Shown: positions 1-9,001 of the stretch, piece by piece
Layout: every line of letters starts with the position of its first letter
Numbering within the stretch: position 1 is the first letter of the stretch
Assembly (NCBI GenBank): GCA_965208905.1
Contig: OZ242365.1
Span: 1,536,001 to 1,600,000, forward strand
Reading direction: 5' to 3'
DNA from: Nitrosopumilaceae archaeon
Lineage (GTDB): Archaea > Thermoproteota > Nitrososphaeria > Nitrososphaerales > Nitrosopumilaceae
Length of the DNA: 64,000 nucleotides
The notes under the pieces: model-generated
What the model was told of the DNA's origin: nothing
Databases searched by the model: none
What the model saw: the letters and a program-made list of their open reading frames with translations, nothing else
Position numbers and translations under genes: made by a program

Positions 1-2853
1 GAGGAGTCGATCTGAATTTTATTCCTCTTGGAGTCATTGCCCAGATATTTGAGAAACAAAGATGCAGTCATCTTTGTGATATCACCATCCTCTACATTAT
101 AGTATCTCCGGAATGTCTTTGTCTTTATAATATCATCATCTAGAATTATCTTTTCATCTGCTTCGCATGCAACAAGCAGTCTCCCAGAACCAGTGGCACT
201 ACGTATGCCAAGCGGAAGGGACTCTATCTTTTCTTTTAGTTTGTCATCCCCCAGTATCTTTTCTGCGTCAAGCTCAGATGCCGTCTGGACTACATCTAGT
301 ATTCCATCAGGGTCATCATCCAGCACACTGTCCTGACCGGAATAGATGTCTATTACGGCATCCTTGTCAATTTTTTCAGACTCCTCTAGTATTTTTTGGT
401 CGTGTCCGATTATCTTGCGTATGGTCTCTATCTTTTTTGCCACCCTCTCTTTGAGTCCCAAGTGTTGTTCGATCTTGCTAGTAGGAAGAAAGTTTATGAC
501 ATCTACGGTGTTGTGTTTGGAGCCAATTCTATCTATGCGGCCCACTCTTTGTATCAGCCTTACCGGATTCCAGTGAAAGTCATAGTTAATTACAACCCGA
601 CCCGCCTGTAGATTGACACCCTCAGAGAGCACATCTGTACTTATCAGTATGTCAAGTTGGTCCTCTAGCGGGATGTTGGCATTGTTATTGATTGGATCAA
701 ACCTACGGACTAGATCTCTCTTTGTACGGGCAGATTTTAGAGAATCAATCTGGCCTATTTTGGCGCTAGGCATGTTTTTCTCAAGGTAGTCATATACGTA
801 TATGGCAGTCTTGAGGGATTCTGTAAACAATAGTATCTTTTGGTTACTGTACGATTCCAGTATGCCACGCAATGTATGGAGCTTGTCATCATACTTGTGG
901 AATTTTTTCTCATTTGGTAGTAGTTTCAGCATGGATTCAAATATTGCTATGTCATCTTTAATGTCTGCCTTCCACCGGTCTACATCAAATGCCTCTATAT
1001 CATATGTGGACTGGCCCAATTCATCATCAATATCGGCATCGGACATTATGCTCTTGTATATGCTGTCCTGAGAGTCCTTGCCTATCGGCACTACACCATC
1101 TTTTAGATACTCTAGAAACTTGTCAGAACCTTTTGCATAGTTTTTAACACTAGAGTAGAATGCCGCAATGCTGGACTCCATCCTTTTTAGCAGCACAGTA
1201 CGGACTATACCGGTAAGTAAGTTCATTGAGGCTGCCAGGTCGTTGTATTTTTTGTGTTGGGGGATGTGTGGTGTCCTGATACTCTTCCCGGAGATAGTTG
1301 CCCGGAGTGTACCGTGCAAGCTTTAGTGAATCCACATACTCCTGTATACGCTCAAATGCATTCTGGTACACCATGTCAATGTCATATTCCTGTGGATTGT
1401 CCAGTTTTCTCTTTGGAAAGTACTTTCTTTCAGATTCTGATTCCAGATAGTACCTGTCGCCGTCTTTTTTGGCATAGTTGTCCTGAATATACTTTCTTGT
1501 ACGGCGGATGAGAACATGTCGAAGTAACTCCCTAATTTTCTCCTCACCCTCGGGAGTCAGCTGATGCTGCTGCTCTGCGCCCTTAAAGTACTCATCAAGA
1601 TTGGCGTTTCCCAAAGCAGGTATATTTAAGATCGTATCTGCAGGGAATAATTTCAACTGGTTTTTGAGATCATTAACACTATTGGATATGGGTGTTGCAG
1701 TCAGCATTATTATGTAAGAGTCATCTGGCTGCTGCTCCATAAAGCAGCACAGTGCATTATACGCATTGTTCTTGTTTCTAAAGTTGTGACTCTCATCCAC
1801 AAGTACGACGTCACAATTGGTGTACTGTCTCAGTAGGTTTTCATCCATCCCTATCTTGTATCTTGAGAGTACATCGGCATTGACACCAAACTCCTTCATG
1901 TAGTCCTTCCACATTCCTATTAGGTGTGGCGGGCATATGATGAGGGGTTTTGATCTGTTTTTCTCTTGCAGGTGTTTGAGCAGCATGCTGCCGATGTATG
2001 ATTTGCCGGTTCCCACGACATCTGCTATTATGACCCCACCATACTCATTTATCTTGTATATGGCATTTTTGACTGCCATCTTTTGAAAGTCAAATAGTTT
2101 TAGATGTTCTGACTCTTCTACCTCTATTTCATCAAGCGTACCATGCTCATGCAGTGCTGCCTTTTGATATACCTCTTGGGGCGTGCGGGGCTTTATCCAA
2201 GAATCATCCATCATGCGTGCCATCTCTTCTGTAAACTCTTCGGATTCATCCCAGTGGCGGTTAAACCATTCAAGTAACTTTTCAGAGTCATTATCAACGT
2301 TGGTGCGCAGGTTCAGTTCAGTATTCTCCCTTATACCGGATATCGAGAGGTTGCTTGAACCTACTATGGACATTCGAGGAAGTGATGGGTGGTCAAGCTC
2401 AAATATGTACGCCTTTGCATGTAGGCGCTCTTTGGCATATACCCGAATCTGCAGCTTTTTCTTGCGTACTAAATTGATCAGTTTTGTGACTGCCTCCTGA
2501 TCTTTTTGTGACTGCGGCATGTGTCCCAGCGAGTCACGCACCTGTTGTATTACAATCGCTCTACCATTTTTTATGCTTGATGATGCCTTGCGCTGCACAT
2601 ACTCAAGGGACTCGTTGGATGCAAGCAGTGCCTCGGCCGTAAGCTTGTTGGTGGTAGGCGATATGAGGAGGCGTATGACGTAATTCGGGTTGTTGCTAGA
2701 TTCAATCTTTAAAAAACTGTTCATTATCTCAGCAAACCCAGATATGAAGAAATATCCGACGGCAATGCTGGCTCTGGTTGTATTTGGAAGATGTAGTTTT
2801 AGCTGATCCAGAAGAACCACATTCTCATTATCTATTACACTCTCGTTTGACAA
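1..2853 (-). pseudogene. PLD-nuclease + SF2 (SNF2-like) helicase fusion, frameshifted, runs off the window start
   Basis: ORF 1150..2853 has the PLD motif LHAKAY..GSSNLS, Walker A ADVVGTGKS, DESH and LTATP. Removing one G from the G5 run at 1259-1263 restores a frame reading ..LLKRMESSIAAF..STDVLSEGVNLQ..NYDFHWNPVRLIQRVGRIDR towards position 1. Confidence 0.85.
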
Positions 2854-2957
2854 TGCTGTATGAGAAATATTTTTTTGGATTTATCTGTTACTTAATAAAG
2901 GTAGGGGATAAACCCCAAGATACTTGCGTCCATACAATAAAAACTAAAAACCCACAC

Positions 2958-4034
2958 GGCACTGGTAAGAAATACTGACCACGTCCCCATTTCTACTCCA
3001 GACCCACATTTCTAGTCTGGTGTTTTGACCTCTGTTTCCAATCTAGGTCAGCAATTATACAGTCTCGGCTAGGTCAGCAGGGTTATACAGTCTCGTTGAA
3101 ATATCTTGGTTCTACATGTCATACGGTAAACTATCTGAGACCATGAATGTACCTCATATGAGGACCAACTATCGTCACAGTATTCACGGGTTGGCATGCA
3201 ATAATACCATGATATCGTAAAGAATCGCATACTAGACAAGATTGCGAAGAGGTACCCCCATGTTGAGGGATGAATCTCACAGACAGAAGATCAAGTTGCC
3301 GCCGGATGTGACCTATTAATACATCTATAATTTTCCCGGAGGCCCCACTAACATTATCCGGGAGACCGCTAGGCCGATTCCTGCATGTTTTGAGTCCCAC
3401 ATACTGTGGGCGCATATCACTCAGCCCTTTAATTGTAGCGTGTATTATATGGTGGTATGAATGACCTGAACAATCTCCTTACAAAACAAAAGATAATGCG
3501 AAATGAGATAAAACGACTTAAAGAAGAGTATGGGAAACAACAAGATAAAACATATGGGGAGATTATGAGACTGCGAGATGTTGAAGCAAAGTTGAAAAAG
3601 TATTATGAGGCAGATGTTAAAATAGCAGATGAGATCTACAAACTAACCCATTGAGGCCAACTCTTTCCTCGTCTTTCTTATGTCAGCAATCAACTCGTCC
3701 TGCCACTCGCTGATTTCTTTAGGTGTCATGTGTATAATTGGTTGTTGTTGTTTATAAATTGTATTGGTGTGTGGGGAAGTAACAGGCGAGGGCGCTAGGC
3801 TAGCAGACGATCTACTAACCCATTACAACCAACCTGTTTCTAAATCTTTCAGATGAACTATTCCAAATATGGCGCCTGTTGTATAATGACACCTCATTGC
3901 TTAACATACCTCCATTTCCACTCCATTATATGGACCTCATTTCCAGTTCACGCATGGGGTGTGGTGTATCTACGTTTCCAGTCTAGGTCGGTTTTTTACC
4001 ACTCTTGTCTAGGTCAGCATTTCTTACCAGCTCC
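2958..4034. mobile_element. Non-autonomous TIR element (MITE/degenerate IS, IS1595-like ends)
   Basis: 23-bp imperfect TIRs GGCACTGGTAAGAAATACTGACC (2958-2980) / GGTCAGCATTTCTTACCAGCTCC (4012-4034). Near-identical 8-bp flanks ACCCACAC / ACCTGCAC. An uninterrupted copy of the flanking sequence lies at ~28242-28340. Confidence 0.8.
3457..3654 (+). CDS. Small charged coiled-coil protein (65 aa)
   Basis: ATG ORF with heptad-like E/K/L composition and an AT-rich box upstream. Carried inside the TIR element. Confidence 0.55.
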   Translation: MNDLNNLLTKQKIMRNEIKRLKEEYGKQQDKTYGEIMRLRDVEAKLKKYYEADVKIADEIYKLTH

Positions 4035-4360
4035 ACCTGCACTGTCGTAAATCTTTAACAAGTATGCCGGGTCGGTACGACAACATGAAATTAAAGGCTC
4101 AATTTAGCTTGTACATATGTTGAACTTTATCGTATGTTTGGGGCATCTTGTGACAACATTGTTTACGTATACGAGTTCACGATTGTAGTTAAAAAATTTA
4201 CAAAGTCACTAAAATACTGCATAATCTTTTACACCAATCTGACCTGATATTGACCATTAAGTTCGCATAGGCCAATCAATTGTAAACCCATTCATCATGC
4301 CATATTACTCTACAGAATCAAAATAGTACAGATAAACAAGTGTGGTACATTATTTTTCTA

Positions 4361-6456
4361 GTAACATGTCACCTCCCCCCAACCTGTTTAGGCACAGGCA
4401 TGAACATCGTGCAAAATCACACCGGAATCGGTAATGGGATGTGTAATATGACCATGTCATGCAAGTGTACGTCCACAGGCTGTTGCGGATTTGACGTGAA
4501 TTGGTTTGTTGTGCGGTATGGGCCGTTGCCACATATGTGATATCAAAATGATGTGCGCAGCCTTGTGCGTCCCTGTGCGGGCTGGTGTTTTCCTATGGCC
4601 CTGCATGTACAGGGATTCAAGTCATATTCCAAAGAGTCGCTCAAGCTCTGTCTGGGCGTTTCTGCCCTGAAGCTTCCACGTCTCAAGGCAGCTTGCAATA
4701 GTGCAGTATCTTTGCGCCCCACGCAGCGTGGCAAATCTGTATATCACCTTGCGCCGAATCACGTACCTGCGCAGCAGACGCTCGGCAAGGTTGTTTGTAA
4801 ACTCCATGGACGTGTGGGTGACTGCAGTGAACAGGTATGGTGCACAGTTGCGCACGCAGGTTCCGGCATTTATGCCCTCCTGCAAGAGGAGTCGGCCTAT
4901 TGTCTCTGTTTCGGATATGAGGTGTTGTATGTATTGTATTGGCGTGTCAGGCAGCAGATCCTTGACATGATGGTATATGTTCATGAGCCGGTGATAAAGA
5001 TACTGTCCTGTAGGGGCGTCGTTCTTGATGACCCCGTTTTCAACCTTGGTCTTGACGTGTGCCCAGCACAGCTGCCGTACCTGAAAATAATTGTGTGCGG
5101 GATACGCATCACAGTGTATCGGCAGGTCTGGATACGGAAAATTCGCCATCATCTCGGCTTTGGTGCGTGTCTGGGCGGCCATGTACCTGACCCAATTTCT
5201 GTCCCCGACCATGACCCACATACGGCCGTCTTTGCCTGCCCTGCCCCGGTTATCATCATTACCATTACCGCCTGCCCTGCCATGGGTCTTGCAGTCATAT
5301 GTGTTCCTGTCCCGGCCAAGGGGCATGACTGTATCATCAAGGTGACCCGACTCGGATTTTGCGATATTGGCCTGTATTGTATCGATCTCCGGCCGCAACG
5401 GGGCTTGGCTTGTCTCCAATGCCTTCTTGAGTGTATCGCGGCACAACCTTTTGCCGTATGCTATCTCGATTGTCTCGCTTAACTCCGACATGCTCTTGTT
5501 GGTGTGAGACAATCTGATAATTTTGATCAACCACTTCTTGCCTATGCTGGTGCCGTTAAGCATCCAGTCGGGCTCGGTGGATATGGGACCGCACGTGCCG
5601 CACATGTAAAGATACACGTCGTACAGCTTCTCTGTAACTCCGATTTTCTCAAGCTCAAGTGCCACCTTGGAGTATCGGTCCAGCCGTACAAGCGGCCGGC
5701 CGCAGCCAGGACATGCGTCAAGTGAAAGGTCCACCCTGTCATCCACATCATATGCGGAGTGATGGCCCGTGTGACCCTTTGGCGGGCCCATCTTGGCCGG
5801 GGTTGCGGCCTGTTCGTTTTCTTGCTGGTGCCGCGCCCTTATCTGCTGCCGTGTTATGGTGCCGTGTGAGGGCGGCGTCGATCCCGAGTCGTTTGCAGCG
5901 TCCCTGCGCTCAATATCCTTCATCCTTGCCTTGAGCTCCTCCACCTCACCGGCCATGGCGGCAAGTCTTTTCATTATCTCCTTTGTTTCCCGGCTTTTGT
6001 GGTCTGCATATTCTACAGTGGAACGTGACAGGTCCAACAGTATCTGCTCTCTGGCGGTTGCGTCATATTTTCCCCTCGTGAAGAGCATATTGCAGCGCTC
6101 GGTGATTTTACATACACTACTGTCTATCTTTACATACACTGCATCCTTTTCATCATACATTTGGGAATTATGCTTGATGTCTGCCTTTAGACGTGCTATC
6201 TCATCCATCTGTTGTGTTATCAGGGCGTCACGTTCATCTCCTATTGACCGATTATCGTTAAATATGCTTTTTGCAAGTGTTTGTTGGTGATGTTGCTGTC
6301 TTCTCATTTTGTAGTGATCATGAGAAGATCGTAACATCGCTATTTAAGCACAACATATTGGCTCTCGTTGCCGTTTAACACATAATCTTGGCATAGATAA
6401 TGACGCCTGTTTGATAGATGCCATGCCTACAGAAAGTAGGGGAGGTGACATGTTAC
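4361..6456 (-). mobile_element. IS66-family insertion sequence
   Basis: Perfect 18-bp TIR GTAACATGTCACCTCCCC (4361-4378 / 6439-6456). Perfect 8-bp TSD TTTTTCTA (4353-4360 / 6457-6464). Confidence 0.93.
4622..6337 (-). CDS. IS66-family transposase (TnpC-like)
   Basis: Coiled coil, S-x-PPS, CPGCG..CGTCG Zn ribbon, LDDT, CDAYPAH, QLCWAH and TNNLAERLLR motifs. Confidence 0.92.
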   Translation of the reverse strand: MLRSSHDHYKMRRQQHHQQTLAKSIFNDNRSIGDERDALITQQMDEIARLKADIKHNSQMYDEKDAVYVKIDSSVCKITERCNMLFTRGKYDATAREQILLDLSRSTVEYADHKSRETKEIMKRLAAMAGEVEELKARMKDIERRDAANDSGSTPPSHGTITRQQIRARHQQENEQAATPAKMGPPKGHTGHHSAYDVDDRVDLSLDACPGCGRPLVRLDRYSKVALELEKIGVTEKLYDVYLYMCGTCGPISTEPDWMLNGTSIGKKWLIKIIRLSHTNKSMSELSETIEIAYGKRLCRDTLKKALETSQAPLRPEIDTIQANIAKSESGHLDDTVMPLGRDRNTYDCKTHGRAGGNGNDDNRGRAGKDGRMWVMVGDRNWVRYMAAQTRTKAEMMANFPYPDLPIHCDAYPAHNYFQVRQLCWAHVKTKVENGVIKNDAPTGQYLYHRLMNIYHHVKDLLPDTPIQYIQHLISETETIGRLLLQEGINAGTCVRNCAPYLFTAVTHTSMEFTNNLAERLLRRYVIRRKVIYRFATLRGAQRYCTIASCLETWKLQGRNAQTELERLFGI

Positions 6457-6458
6457 TT

Positions 6459-6480
6459 TTTCTAAATTCGAATTTAGAAA
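6459..6480. repeat. 22-bp palindrome TTTCTAAATTCGAATTTAGAAA, repeated at 7000-7021
   Basis: Perfect palindrome. The second copy TTTCTTAATTCGAATTTAGAAA has one mismatch and similar flanks. Confidence 0.75.
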
Positions 6481-7092
6481 CAAAGTACTTTGATACCTTC
6501 GTAGCCATCAAAAAAAGTTGTAAGTCTAACAGGCAGCATATGACTAAATGCACATTCAATACTTACACACTTTGCATTCGCTAGCCCGGTCCATCAGCAG
6601 TATATTGCTAACAGACACGCATCAAGCGATATACAAAATTTCGACAAACACTGTACAACATGCTCCTGATGGTACATTACCACATATTCATTGTGCGGGT
6701 TGGGTCAGCACCATGATCAGATTCAGGCATGCAGGCGATTAAAGGTGGTTAACGCCAGAAACATAAAATTATTTTGTCATGTATGTAGGTGCGCAGTCGA
6801 TCTCATGTAGAGCAAAAACAGTGGTCATTGCGTACTCAATTAAAAATGGTGATTCACAGGCATAGCTGTATTGATAAAAAAATAGATAGTGAGAGAAGCT
6901 GCGCAAGTTGACTGCATTTTGATTCACTGAAGTTGTAATTGCAATATTGCCCACTAAGATTTCTCAGGACTGCTGTCAAAGATGCGTTGATGACATATAT
7001 TTCTTAATTCGAATTTAGAAATAAAGCTTTTGACCACAGATTAGATATCTAAAATACTCCATTGATACGCCCGGTGCGCTTGCTATATACGG

Positions 7093-7605
7093 GTGTTGTG
7101 TTCAATCAAATCAATGATGCGAATAGGCATGGTAGTAGTTCTAGGGGCCGTAATAGGATCCATGGTAATAGCACTGTATGCATATACATTGTATCAACCA
7201 AACCTAATTGAGGTGTCGCATGGTGAGCCGGTAATAGTGGGGCCCATAGAGTACGCCATCATGCTAGAAGATGTGCATGATGGAGTAGATGATGTCAGGC
7301 CAAATGACAGGTTTGTAAAGGTACGAATAAACATGATGAACATAGATACGCAAAGCGCAACTGTCAGTGGCGGACAGTTCTACTTTGTAGACGCTAATGA
7401 TGAAAGGCACTGGCCCATATATGGAAATGGTACATTTGGTCAGGAGGATCTCTTGCGCGAAACATTACAGGGTGGCGAGCACATAACTCGCACCACCCAG
7501 TTTGACGTACCATACAATTCTGATGAAACATACAGTGTCATCATCAGGCCAGCGAAGGAACACAACAGTGTCGATCTGGCCATCGTATGCCTGACAAACT
7601 GCTAA
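7093..7605 (+). CDS. Membrane-anchored DUF4352-like Ig-fold protein
   Basis: N-terminal TM helix, FVKVRINMMN..F.FVD..L..GE....T.FDVP pattern. True start is probably the ATG at ~7114. Confidence 0.7.
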   Translation: MLCSIKSMMRIGMVVVLGAVIGSMVIALYAYTLYQPNLIEVSHGEPVIVGPIEYAIMLEDVHDGVDDVRPNDRFVKVRINMMNIDTQSATVSGGQFYFVDANDERHWPIYGNGTFGQEDLLRETLQGGEHITRTTQFDVPYNSDETYSVIIRPAKEHNSVDLAIVCLTNC

Positions 7606-7668
7606 TTTTTTTATATTTTTAGATTCAAATTTTAATAAAAAATATCTGCATGTAGGTATTACAGTAAA

Positions 7669-8202
7669 CTAGTTGTTCGAGTTAGATGACTCTAGTACGT
7701 TGGTGATGGCACGATTCAGTATCGCCATGGTCAAATAATCATAATACGAGTCAGGTTGCTGGTTCTCTTTCGGGTTGCGTATCTGGGATAAAATGTTGTC
7801 AAGTGTTTTGTTTATTCTACTGGTAGTATTATGAATAAGTTTTTGATAATTCTCCTCAAAAGTTTCATCGACATCATAGTTTAACAGACGAATCTTTGTA
7901 CCGTATTGTTTTATTACGGTGCCTCGAACCTCATCAATTTGAGTTACATCAATCATTTTAGCTTCACGTAGTACTCGAATGTGGTGTCGGATGGTATTCA
8001 CCGATTTATCGATTCCGGCATCTTCTAACTCTTTCACTATTTCATCGACGGTCAGGCTGCGCCTGTACAATATCTCGACTATCTTGGCTCGGGCCACATC
8101 AGATATTGCGTTTGCCTGGGTTGTTGTGATTGCTAATGTATGGTTCGTCTTGACCGGTGTTCGTAGTATTGTAGACATTATCTTTGTTGTTGTTATGGGC
8201 AT
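7669..8202 (-). CDS. ArsR-family winged-helix transcriptional regulator
   Basis: ARAKIVEILY..LTVDEI..TIRHHIRVLREAKMI..RG...K.Y motif. Confidence 0.85.
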   Translation of the reverse strand: MPITTTKIMSTILRTPVKTNHTLAITTTQANAISDVARAKIVEILYRRSLTVDEIVKELEDAGIDKSVNTIRHHIRVLREAKMIDVTQIDEVRGTVIKQYGTKIRLLNYDVDETFEENYQKLIHNTTSRINKTLDNILSQIRNPKENQQPDSYYDYLTMAILNRAITNVLESSNSNN

Positions 8203-9001
8203 ATAACACAGTATGTGAAATTTTATTGTCAGAATGGTGTAAAATATATGACAGTATGCATAGTTATGTCATAATATTTTATGTTAAAATATTTTAATTA
8301 CAAATTTACGCTAGTATTATTATAATATTAATTTTATGTTTAATTTATTGACGTGGGATGAATAATTTTAGTTTTCCTATCATCAAAATAGTCTTAATCA
8401 ATATGCAAAATTACCATTCGCTGCCGCGAATTAGAAAAAAAATGAGTTGGGCATCCTTGTATGGACAATATACCGACTTTGAGGAGTCATTAAACGGTTC
8501 CAGAATATGCGAAAGAAAATCCCAGAGGCAGTAGTCGAGTATTACACTACATGTGTAGAGGGTGAGGCCATAGTGTCAGCGTACTTGGTCAGGTCGTGCT
8601 TATTTCTACAGGTAAAAGACAACTTTTTACACATGTATACTATTCCGGCCTGCCAAATTATCATTTTTTTTCTTTATTTTCTCACCTCCTGTACAGTAAA
8701 TCAAACCCGACCAGCGGAACACTCCCATTCGTGCTCAATGTGGCAGTTTACTGTCCGCATACCTTGAGTCAATCTAACTCGCGCCCTTATGTATGGCAAG
8801 TGTCCAACTACTCTCAGATCCAACAAGGCAGGTACAACGCTCAGATTAATAATGTCGACACATAGTATCTAACTCCTTGAAACGAGTTAGTGTCACAACC
8901 CCGCCTGAACTAGCAAAAATTGGGCAAACTTCACGCCTAGAATTTAGGGTATGACAATAACTCCTTGAAACAATAACTATATACGCATCACACAAAAGGT
9001 A

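Noticed and set aside
4553-5482. 309-aa plus-strand ORF
   Set aside because: Antisense to the IS66 transposase, with no motifs.
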